This document shows positions 41,926 through 54,088 of a DNA stretch of 64,000 nt, one piece after another. The DNA comes from Ylistrum balloti. Taxonomy: Eukaryota. The notes beneath the pieces were generated by a model. That model ran no database searches and had not been told where the DNA came from. It saw only the letters and a list, made by a program, of their open reading frames with translations. The position numbers and the translations under genes were made by a program. Numbering within the stretch: the first letter of the stretch is position 1; each line of letters opens with the position of its first letter. The stretch lies in the NCBI RefSeq assembly GCF_031769215.1, contig NW_026782387.1, positions 186,001 to 250,000 on the forward strand, read 5' to 3'.

Positions 41926-44919
41926 ATCCATAAATAAAATTAGGTCATATTTGGGATAATTATAGAACAGAAAACCGTGCTTGTGTCAAACACACTTGAA
42001 TCGTACACAGTGGATAAGTTGAATGCTTTGTTTGGTCCCAATTTTCCTTTCCTTTATCTTAGTGAATTAAACATGAATGATTTTGAACATTTTAACAGTC
42101 GATTACTGTGTTTGTGTCAAATATATCTTGTGGTCCATCCCTTCTATATTCCATCAAAATTTCCTTTTTGAGTCGAATATTCAGACGTCCTCTTGTCTCT
42201 GGAAAAAATTTCCAGTTCTGGTCCAAATGACTGAGTGCGTTCGATCAGGAGTATCAATGTTGACGAGCTCTATTGTAATTTTTGATAGAACATTAATCCC
42301 GGCATTTATACAGGTGCACAGGTGAAACTTTGAATTTATAAAGAATTTGGCAACCAAATGTAAAACAAAAAACACTGTACTCTGCTTACTGTAAAGATTA
42401 ATAAAAATACTAGCTTGTCATTGACACATTCATTTATGATTAAATACATTTTCTGGATAAACATAAATTATCTTATACTACAGTATACACTTTTAAAGTG
42501 CTGTTTGGGAATAGTTATGCTTCAGTGACATTGCTGCGGCCTTTACCTTTTCATTACAAGTAAAGTGCTATCGACGTTACTATTTATATAAGTTCATGAG
42601 TATGTATTCATTGAGTTTTATTTTGAAATATTGTTTACAGGACATTTTACTCTTAAGGATATCAATGTGATTACAAAATTTGTATTACTTTTCACGAAGT
42701 TATGCATATTGGAGTGGGTACATATGCATGCTGCAATGACAAGTGTTTCACATTAAAAATGTTGTTCTATATTTGTACTTTATAACTGTTAATTTAAATA
42801 AAAGATATAGTTCATATATAAAAAAGACAGGGCCATTTCTCGGGTTCCTAAAAAACACAAACCACTACAGGTAGGAAACATTGAACCACACACTTCAAAT
42901 CTTCACCCATATGCCAATGCTCTGATGACCATTTCAAGCTATCACAGCCCCTAAGCTGGTATTGAAATATGATATATAAATACAGTGCATCAGTAAAACA
43001 CAAAGAAGGCCCTCACGGCAAACATTTTGTCACTTCTTACGATCTTCATCTGGATAAGTTACAGGTGTGGACCTCAAAGTTACAAAGAAAGATATACAAA
43101 AAGGATATATTATAAGGTAGCGTACAGCAGTTAAGAAAAGATCACAGGATGGTTTTTATTCACTCGGCGTCAAGTTATATCCAAATTCACTCTAATTTCT
43201 TTTTTAGGTCAACGTGAACATTCAAAAGAGACCTATTATACAAATATATACTATGCTGTATTGAAATATCACAATTCCCTTCAGATACAGATTTTTGTAA
43301 GAATGCCAGCTGGATTACATATACCTGACCAAAATTAAATCCACAAGGTAAATACTTGATATTGTAAGAAAATTATCTGAATATGATTTTACTTTTTGAA
43401 ACTCCCCTTTTTCTATTTGGAATAATCCTAACTCAAAATGAAGAATATTCCATCTGTCCTCAGAAGGGTATAATTTAATAACTCTTATATAACAAAAGTT
43501 GTCCATAGCAGCGATGAAAGACAAACCAATACTCAGCAAACTCATTATCATGAATTCTTTGTCCAGTGCAGTACCAATTTGCCTAATGCTTGGTCTAGCT
43601 CACTTACCTCAGCTCACTTAAGTGTTTAGATAAATTTATTCATGTTTTAATGCCTAAAAAACAAACCAATCACCTGAATTTGAATCAGCCCAGTCTGAAT
43701 TCAGACGAAATGTTGTTTTAACTTCCCGGGGTTAATGCTTCCTTAATCTGCACATTTAAAATTCCATAGAGAATCTGCATTATAAAAATAGCTTTTGAGA
43801 GATTGAGGAGAAAATTTCTGTTCTTATTGTTTTGTAAATTGAAGTGAAAAATAAAATTTGTTGATGTCCAATTATTTTTCTATAAATTGACATAATACCA
43901 TTATGTATGTATCATTATGGTAAGATCCCCCATGAATTTCCATATGAATCTGTCCAAGCAATCTTCAATTAAGAAACTCTTTCATAACAAAATTCAGTTA
44001 CAAAAAAGAAGTAAATTTTCACTCAAATTGTAGGGAAATATTGTATAAAATGCCTTAGGTAAAGAAACTGACATAGACCCTGTCTTGGTATGACAAGTTC
44101 AATGCCAGAACTCAACACAATTTCTCCTATTCACAATACTTAAATAAGGTAAGACCAGGAAAATATGTTACGACATTAATAACTGTATACATATACAATG
44201 CAACTATTTTGAATCACAATACCCATGTGTGTATCGGCTTCAGTATCTGTTTTGATCAATACTTGTCTGATTGCAGTGTTTAGACTGCCTTATGCAAGTT
44301 GTGTGTAGTAGACATTATTTATGTGACCAGTTACTTCCCTCTAGCATCTTGATCCAAATACCAAACCCAACTACTTGGAGATATCGTGTGACAACACACA
44401 AATTCCAAAACTGACAATGTTGCCCTCAATCAGCCCTTTTATCTACTCATTTAGGCCTTCTTAAGTCATCTCTTGAAAAAAATGTTCATTTGGGAAGGAA
44501 TTTTTGGGAGGAAACTATACATTTGGGAATTGACCATATTATAAAAATAAATTCAAATGGGTCCCATATTCTTAACCTCCATAAAAACCCTTGCTTATAT
44601 ATATACTTTTTGTTACAGATTTATGTCCCTTGTATCCATATCAATAATAAGGGCTACAGTATCTCAGTTAGTAGAGTTGGCCGATGCAATCTGAAAGATT
44701 TGAGGTCATTGGTTAAATACCCCCTATCCCTTGTGGTTTGTGTTCCTCAGAAAGCTGGTAAACAACCAGTGTGTGTTGATGTGTTATACTGACACTTCCT
44801 CTCGTATGTTGTCCAGTGAAATGGCTACTAGCTACTACAATGAGACCCTTCCTCAAAATGACCCATCTACTTACAGATGTGATTAGCCCAGCAAACAAAC
44901 AATATCTCTCAAATCTTCT

Positions 44920-44992
44920 GCCCAATCACCCCAACTTCCTCAATCACCCCCAACTTCTATCACCCCCAACTTCCTCGATCACCCCCATCTCC
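44920..44992. repeat. Short C-rich repeat of about 18 bp, 4 copies
   Basis: atcacccc(c)aacttcctc recurs. Confidence 0.7.
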
Positions 44993-45311
44993 TCATAATG
45001 TACAAAATACTGTACAAATCAGTATCACATATGTATACCACATCCATTATGTATCAAGCAGCAAATTGGCCTCTGATAAGTGACAGAGTTATTTATGTTA
45101 TTATGATAATACCAACTTACACATGTCAGACAGTTCAGCTAGTCTAATGGTAGGCAGCTACTGATAAAGCATCTATATCAAAAAGGTGGACAACAAATAG
45201 CCTTAACCTATTTAAAGGTATGCACAACAAACACTGTTGTTTACATGTGATATTTTGTTGTTTTCAGGCAAGACAGCTCATCTTATCTAAAAGCATCAAA
45301 ACTCATTTTAT

Positions 45312-45425
45312 CTTAAAGTAGGCAACCTTATGTTACAAGTAAGACAGCTTATCATATCTAAAAGTAGGCAATCAACCTTATGTTACAAGTAAAACAGCTT
45401 ATCATATCTAAAAGTAGGCAATCAC
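45312..45425. repeat. Tandem duplication of about 50 bp
   Basis: aaccttatgttacaagtaa(g/a)acagcttatcatatctaaaagtaggcaatc occurs twice. Confidence 0.8.
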
Positions 45426-48400
45426 GATAACTGTTATTTACAGATAGTAAGACATAGGACCTGTCTAAAATTAGACAACCACAAAGACCGTTGTTTCATC
45501 AAAGGTAAGACACTCTATCTGAAATTCAATTAAGACAGCCACAATTACAAGCCATAACATCATCTAATCATATTTTGATGTACATGTATACACTCCTGTT
45601 GTACAGATTAAACAGATTCAACCTTCCCAAAGGAATGCAGACAGCTTTTTTCATTTTGAGTACCATGTCTTACCCCTGTATCTAATTATATCGTCAGACA
45701 GAGTCTATATCTACTTGGTCTACAACCACAATTACAGCATCTTAAATATATACAGGCCTATCTTAAAGAGGGCATCAACACAAGTTCTCCACAAATTGGC
45801 CATGAACGACACCACCCATGTGAGAATTTGATTTCCCCTCCACATGTATACCACGTCTGATCTAAAAATAGTCTGCACTTGGATATTAACTCACCAGTAT
45901 CCAACACCACTGATAAAAAGTTTTCAATAGGAAATGAAGCGGATATGTTGATGCAAAGGAATGTGAAAATTATTCTCAATACATGTATAATGTTTTACAT
46001 GTTCATGTCAGGTGGTTTTTATGGGCGCAAATTAAACTTATCCTTCATTTATAGGTCTAGAATATATATGAAACAATTAAAATTATGATTTGGGAGGACT
46101 GTGATCTCCTACCATTTCTCATTCCTAAATTTCAAAACAGGAACATCACATACGGTACAGATATAAAACCAGCACGTTGATAAATTATGTGTTGTGAACA
46201 AAGAATCTATATCTTACTTGTAGTCCTCCTTTTTGATGTTCAGCTAACATGTACATTATGTCCGACAAAAGTCAGGGGATGGGCTTATTACAGGACAATG
46301 AAATGGCATTCATCAGAACTGAACAATATTAGAAATTAGTAAGCATCCAAAGGTAAAGTAAAGCTAAACGAACAACATTCTTGTCATTACTATCCCACTA
46401 CAGGTCAGGGTATGTCCATAACATTCATGCAAAGAAAGCAACTTTAACTAATGCATGAACCAAAAACAATGGTAGTCATCTGAACAGTCTCACCTCCCTC
46501 TGTAACGTATGATCGAATAACAACTCCAGATTTTATCTGTAAGGGGGACACAGCTAGACCCCCTGCCCCCAGTTTACACTGCTGTTTTAGACAGCAGTAT
46601 TGATCTAAATAGCAGGGTGCCTTCTTTGTTCTGTACAAAATACAATATCAACCTCTGTGATATAGTGTACAGCCACACTAGAACCTGTCTGGAATCATAC
46701 AGGGAAAAAAATTCAATTCTGACATCATATACAGTCTTTATAACATTTACTTTGTCATGTTCTTACATGAAAAATATCGTAATATTAGCTGAATCATGAC
46801 ATTAAATGCTGATAGATCAACAAGTCCTACTGAGTTAACATTTTTATCCAAAATAAGCCCATGTACGATAATTAATATGCCCATTAATACCTACTGCTCC
46901 TTATTAGAATTACGACTAAATGTATTTCATTGTTCTGTAATAAGCCACCTTTTGACTAGATTTTAATGAGTGGTAATGCGTTGTCACCCTCATGGGCTTA
47001 TTGTAGATTAACAATACCAAGTACTGCCACATGGCCCATTGCTCTGCAAAGCTACATTTCTCAAAGACAGGGAAAGCTTTAGAGTGAGTGATGTAAACCT
47101 CACGATCTCTTGTGCACGTATGTACAAATATGTCGCTTTACTTTTCAAAAACTACTGCATACAGCAATTCAACTTCAAAATTCCTAAATGATCCGTATTT
47201 CAAATAATGATTCATTCTCCTACATGAATTCTCTTAACATGTTCAACCAACCACAATTTAGCCTAAATTGGCCCATTATTTTACTGACCCAAATCAATCC
47301 CAGCAGGCAATTGCAATGAAATTGCCATTACATTGATAACATGGTGGATAGAATACATAGATCTACCCAAACCAGAATGAAATATTGGCAGTGTGTACAT
47401 GAGAACTGCCACAGTAGCTACCAGGAATAAGCGAACATCTGTCATTCTGCAGTAGAAATACTAGCAACTGAAGGGCTCACTAATCTACAGCAAGATCAAT
47501 AATTCAACAACTCTCAATGAACACAAAGAATCCTGTTTTTTTTCCTGGGTGGTACATCTATTTTCCATGTGAAAAGTGAGCAGGAGGATTCGATCTCAAC
47601 GTTTGTTACTGACTAGAGATTAGATCACTTTTGAAGACATTAATGTGATTTTAACATGAATGAAACTTTGTTTGAATAAATTTTGAATATCAACATCTCT
47701 ACTACAGGAAAGCATTGATTCTCTTTAACCAGTTACTATATAATGTAGTCACAATACAATAACAACAAGGATGGTAAGATTGATGATCTTACATTGTAAC
47801 TCACATACATGTATGGTACTGCTGAGCATCTGTCTCATTTGACCTTGCACAAGATTTTAATCTATGTATCAATCAAGATTTAATGTGACTACAAGCAATC
47901 AATATACCGAATACTATTTAATTGGGGAATGACTCAGAACACTGTCCTTGCACGGCATGAGGAAGAGATAACTGAGGAAAATCCTATCTTTCAAAAATGT
48001 AAAAAGATATTACCGCAAGGTGAATGTATTCCTCATTTCATAAGCAGATTAAATGGGACCAGAAAGTGAAGTACTGATCACAGGATTATGATTAATATAC
48101 ACTTGTGGTGTTATGGGATAGATATAGAACACAAGTAATAATTCGTTCAATGCCCTGAAAAATTTAACTTGTTTTAAAATACTTCCTCTGTTTCCCAGCT
48201 AAATTCCACCACAGTATAAATATCTGGCAATAGGCCCATCAGTCCAGGCCTGGTAATAACCTATCCATTGTTAGTGCAATGTTGAATAAAACCATGAGTA
48301 ACCCTACATTCCTGGGTTTTTCCTGACCCTCAAAAATCTTCATTTTGATTCCTTAAATTAACAATGAACCCCGTAAAAATTAATAAAGTACATATTGTGA

Positions 48401-51400
48401 GAACATAGACACCCTTGAGAGTAAACCCTGCATTCAATCATAAAATTTGAAGTTTCCTGATCCAAAATTTACTGAATTTCAGAGATATCACCACCAAAGT
48501 AAAAAGAACATGATAATATATTACACAGTTCTTGTCAAATGACATTACAAGTAGGGCTGATAATAAAAATATGTGTTTCTACCAACTCAATACCAGGAAA
48601 AAATGGGGTACATCACCGTAGAAATCTCAAAGAGCTTCACTAATCAAGGAAATAGTCCTTATAGTCCTTCATTGACAATAAAAAATATTGAGTGGGATGG
48701 TATGGTTTACCGAAACACAGGTATTTTTAGGCCTTAGAATGTTGTCTGATGTGCCATCAAATACAGAATTCAGATCAAAGGAGCTGTTGAACTAACAAAG
48801 CCACATGTAAATCCATATAAATATCTATTATTGGATACCAAAGGTAGGCTATAATCCTGGATGTGTGAAGCCATTTCCCACCTTACTCTACCTCTTGATA
48901 TACCAGAGTACCATAATAAGCTAATTATACTCAAATGTACCTAAGCTTCCGCCACATTTAATCAGAGCAGAACCAATACCTGCCAAACGTAACAAAGACA
49001 GAACTCAATTGAGAAGCCACTCTCCTCACCGCGACCACTACCTACATAGAGCTAATATAAAACAGGTGTCTACAGCCAAGAAACAACATCCACCCAAGTT
49101 CCCACCTTGTTTGTACAATAAATAGTTTAAATTTACAAGACTTAATTGAGGCCACATCAATGATGCTTCTCTCCTAATGACTCTTTGATGGAACACACAG
49201 GTAAACTGAAAATGCTTCTGTATCACCTGTCCATCCAACCTACCCTCAAACTAACAAGACTGAGTTTTAAGTCAACATTCTAGCTCTCACTCCAATTCGA
49301 TAAGACCTCACCTTTTTGACAGTCAACCATTGTACATCATGTGATAAAGCATGTAAATAACTTGGCACAACAACAAACAGGTATGTCTTACCTGTGACAT
49401 TGTGCCTAAAATAGCCATAGGATACTTCCTAAATAACATTACCTGACCAGATACACAACGACTTATAAGGATACTCCCACTCATGTCAGAAATAATTAAT
49501 TGAGGTATGCATAATTTCTGCAATCAACACAGGACACCTTGAGAAAGGTTGTGTAGTATAATGTAATTTAAAGAGTTGTAGAATATAAAACAAATCTAGC
49601 TCTACAAAGAGCAAGATCAAGAGCTCAATTACTTTCAGGAATAAGAGGAGTGTGATCCTGTATAAAGTTTAACAATAAAAAGAAATTGCAACGGAAAATT
49701 TCAAATTCACAAAGCTCCACAACTTTATTCTCAACCAGGATTACTCTAGAGAAAATGATATTACGTACAGTAATATGTGGATTTGTTCAATTCAAAAAGT
49801 TTGGCTTTGAACTTATTGGTGAATTAACAGCTTGATGAATTGAATGTTGTAATGATTAAAAAAAGCAAACAAAAAAACAAAACAAAACAAAAATAATAGC
49901 AAATGACAATGTTGATTCCGTTACAATAATTCACCATGTCATATATTTTCCAAGTCTTGATGATATGAACAATAATGGTTGAAAAATCTAATTTATAATA
50001 ATAGTAAGTAATTATACCCACTGACACTTTCATTGTGCTATCTAAAATGAGACCTATTTTTAATTGTCACTTATTCATTAATAAAAATTATGATTTTGTT
50101 AAACTCTTCATTTAAAGTCAAATGATATAATCACAAGAGGAGATTAGAATAAGAAAGGGGATACAAGTTTTTTACTTTAAAGACTGTCCAGGTTTTTGGT
50201 CTGACATGAAGGCCTGGCCAAAGTTAATGTTTCATGTAGGCCTGGCCAATTATTACTGCTAACATGCCAGGAAATACTAGTGCGAGGACATGGATTTTTT
50301 CATTTTTCAAATAGCTTTCAATAAAGATTTATACAGGAATATTATATTTCCTTCAGAATAGGCATGTGAAAACAACAAAAATAGCCTCAAAGTAGGCTGG
50401 ATATATGTTCTAAATGTACGAAAATTGTGCTTATTTATTCAAGTGTTTAACATGTTATTCAGTTGAGCAAATCTTCTGTAGCAGACATTGTATGTTTTGG
50501 ATTAAAATGATACAACAATATGTATAATTGTCATGTCTTTTTAAACCATTTTTTTGGAAAATGGCTACACGGTCCACAGAAGGGATACCAAACACCTTAT
50601 TTGTTTTGCTTTTTGTCGGTTTTATAATGTATTTTACAAGCTAACATTGTTTGTGGTTTAGTATTTAGAACATCACATTCGAAATTTCCATATGATCTTT
50701 AACAAAGTAGCATAACTTGTCATGTGTTCTCAATTTGTTACCTTCTTAAATTACTATCATGAAACTGATATATGTCACTTCTGTTAGATAGCACATAAAT
50801 TAAAATTTGTTTCTTATCTTTAATCATATGATCACTTTTTATGTATCAAAAATAGATTTCGGATCAAAATCATATTATCTAACATTGATAATGGAGTATA
50901 TGATAAATAGTACATATATAGATATTCAAGCTTATGATACTTTAATTTCTGAAGTGTCTATACAAATTATACTATATGATCCACGACAAAAAAGGACATA
51001 TAAAATGGTCCTATATGAATCATCCCTACACGCTCACAAATCATCGTGTTCTCGTTGACCCCATCACATGTGTATATTTCAATATTATTGAGGCACGTTC
51101 GCCATTACAAAACTCTCAAAATTTATTCTTCAATGATAATGTAAATAAAGTGTTCTGAAAGAGAGCCATTAAACGGGGTGTCTGCTTCACCTGGGTGTAT
51201 AAATAGGGCCATAGGCCTATTCTTATACCCACAGGGCAAGGGGAATACACAAATCTGTTTACATCGAGCTGATCTGGACATCTTCGTAAACAAACAAAAA
51301 TCCATGTGTATTCAGAACAGGTATCGGGGTCGATTAATCATTTCACATATCTGGGACTTTTTGTTCTTGTGGTAAACATTAGATTAGAAGCGACCATTCA

Positions 51401-51486
51401 TAGGTACTACGGAACAACGTGTTGGTGTATTCACATTCCCCCGAACAAGTATCACTGTAGGCCCTTGTATCTGTGTGTGCACTTAC

Positions 51487-51555
51487 CTTGAAATTGGCGG
51501 TGCAGCTGCCCAACAAGAGCACTGCTACCGTCAGAAAGAGTAACTTCCAATTCAT
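51487..51555 (-). CDS. First coding exon, signal peptide MNWKLLFLTVAVLLLGSCTA-NFK
   Basis: ATG at 51555; basic n-region, hydrophobic core and a C-T-A cleavage-like site; donor CAAG|GTAAGT at 51486 (phase 0); lies next to a CpG-rich promoter-like region. Linkage to the 1253-2044 exons is inferred from strand, secreted character and the absence of any intervening gene. Confidence 0.75.
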
Positions 51556-51679
51556 CACACCCCTGTACGCGCTCTGTCTGATTACAATACTCCAAACCAA
51601 ACGAAATAAGATAAAATTAAGGGTCCAAACGAACTAGTAAACGATAACAGCACCACTAAATCCCACACTTCTATCTTTC

Positions 51680-51930
51680 CTGGCTTCCGGAACTACATTA
51701 CTTCCATCACGAAAATATTAATCCGCCTTTGTAAGTAACCTGTTCATTTCATTTAGAACTGGTACAGGATTGATGGACTACCAGTCTCTCATTTGATATG
51801 GCATGTCTACCTCGTTCTTTTATCCCCTTTCTTGTAACGTAAAAATCTGGAAGTTAGTGAATAAATAATGATGGACTATTTTCATGCGTATTGTTTATTT
51901 TTGCAATTTTTACGTCACTTCCGTATCGGA
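51680..51930 (-). promoter_or_regulatory. Putative promoter of the minus-strand gene
   Basis: Palindromic ETS-like CTTCCGGAA followed by ACTACA at 51684-51697; composite TACGTCACTTCCG (CRE-like plus ETS, CGGAAGTGACGTA on the minus strand) at 51911-51922; CpG frequency rises sharply here, 130-370 nt upstream of the ATG. Confidence 0.55.
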
Positions 51931-52789
51931 TACCCGAAGAATGCCATTCGTTAAAAGGCCCCTGAAGGTCTTGTCAATGTTCTTAATATCAAATTGATAT
52001 TAAAAAATAATAAAGCATTTTTAACAACACAATCTTGCCATATAATTGATTTTTCTGACAAACTTCGCAAGAATTGACAATAAATCACGAAATCAATTAG
52101 TTTGTCGAACTGGAGCAGGTGACCGCCCCTGCAAACGCCTCTTGTGTACCCGTTATGCCCACATGGGTTTTTGACACCATAACGAAACAACAACAATATT
52201 GACCTATATGACGCTATTAGATTTCCTTTCTCGATGGCCAATTAGAAATAAGTACGTTTTAAACGATTCTTGGAAGTTAAAATAAAATCCCCAAAAATTA
52301 CAATAGTCTATAAATGAATATATTTACTTTAACGAAAATATGTGTTCTTTCAGTTTCATTTTTCGATATTAAAATCACTATTTTGATACATAATGACGCT
52401 TGTATATACCATTGGTTATCAGTACTGAAATTTACGGTGTTATTATAGAAACTTACACGCATATTTGATTATGAAACGTGTATGGTAGTGCGTACACGTT
52501 TTACTGATACTTTGATATTTAGTTTCAGGAAATTTTAACTTGATATTGTCGAGATTTTTTCCCTATGTTTTTATATTATCGTATGATATGTGATGATAAT
52601 TTGAATCTATATCTTTCCAGTGCACGTGTATTACACATTTAAACTAATTTGTACAACATAATACTTACCTTTAATCACTCTCATTGTGAGGTAATGGTAC
52701 TGGTCATTACTCAGTTATAAATATTTTTTTGCAATGAAATATAATGGTTATGTACCTGATGTTTTTTGTCGGACGATGCAGCACATGAA

Positions 52790-52900
52790 AACGCACGTAC
52801 TTTTCAGTTCGACCTTGGTTCGATTTCCCGATCGAACGTGAAAAGATAACTTGCCCGACCACGTAGGTTTTCCTATGATACTCCCACGGTAAAACCCAAA
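52790..52900 (+). mobile_element. Decayed tRNA-derived SINE fragment
   Basis: B-box GGTTCGATTTCCC followed by gtgaaaag...ttgcccgaccacgtaggttttcct...actcccac, resembling the SINE body GGGTTTTCTCCGGGTACTCCGGTTTCCTCCCAC. Confidence 0.45.
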
Positions 52901-54055
52901 GCGCTAACATGAGTGATGATGATAAGCTATATATAATCTTGTTTTGCAATTTCTGTAAAATCAATAAAATTTTACATTCACATATAGAAAATTTCTCGAG
53001 TTACTTAAAGCCTAAAATACACACTGAACACAAAACACATACTCCCACATCCTTATTTCTATGACGTTTGGAAAGTTGATTAATATGGATGGTATTATTC
53101 CCCTTTTGTGAAACTTCATTTTCGCTGACTAAAACCAAGTCGAAACTTTTGACGCGATCAGAATGAAAAAAAAATGGTATACATTGTAGGTATTTGTACA
53201 GAGGGACCATAAAACGTGTTACAGTCTTGATGACTGGACTTATCTTGGTCTGTTTCACAGGGACCTGAAAATTGGTGGTTTTGGCGAGTTATATTAAAAT
53301 TTATTAAAAATGACCACCTTATTCACTTAGAGTGTAACAAATTCCCAGATTCCCAAGGCGAAATATAGGTATGGATATCTAGCACTTTAACTGGCTGTGG
53401 ATAGATCACTCGTGCACGGACTGTTCTTCCTGGTAAAGCTCTACTGATCAAATAGCTGATTTCAGCGCTTATTTCAATGTGCAAACGACGTTTTTATTAC
53501 CCTAAATCATCTTAAATAGCTAATACATATGCTTATCAATATTACCAGAAAAATATAGAAATCGTCGTCTAACTAGATAAAAATGGGAATTTATTAATTC
53601 TTTTTCAGATGAAACGAAAATTTGTAAACGGCATTAATAAATGGTTAAGACGGGTGAAAATTCCACATTTTCTGTAATTTGAAACAACATTTCCGGGTGG
53701 ATTTCATCTTCAGGTCTGATGTAATACTTGGAATTCAGCGTCCATATATCGTACATATGTATATGATATTTTATTCATTTCACAACAATTGCGAAATAAG
53801 TTACGCGCGAGGGTTTTCCTCGGGGAAGAAAGAAGGGTTTCCAGCGGAAACCAATATCGTCGATCGGGTGACCTCATATCTTTTCCACGTCCGCACGAGA
53901 TATCTAAGTGCTTAACCATTGCAACACTCAGTCACTACGTTATTAGTAGAAACGACACCAACGTCGTCATATTTTAAAACTTTATTTTTTATCCATTGTT
54001 ATATGTGAAATATGTTTTAAAATAAATTCATGTCTGTGTGCTCAGAGTTGACAGT

Positions 54056-54087
<32 letters not shown>

Positions 54088-54088
54088 A
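54056..54088. repeat. (AG)n microsatellite followed by poly-G
   Basis: agagagagagagagagagagggggggggggag read directly. Confidence 0.9.

Noticed and set aside
42070-42375. Protein-like minus-strand frames (ITIELVNIDTPDRTH / TRGRLNIRLKKEIL)
   Set aside because: Broken by a frameshift and stops, weak donor, no recognisable family; possibly a decayed element.
51951-52241. 96-aa minus-strand ORF upstream of the promoter
   Set aside because: No domain or splice context; likely a chance ORF.
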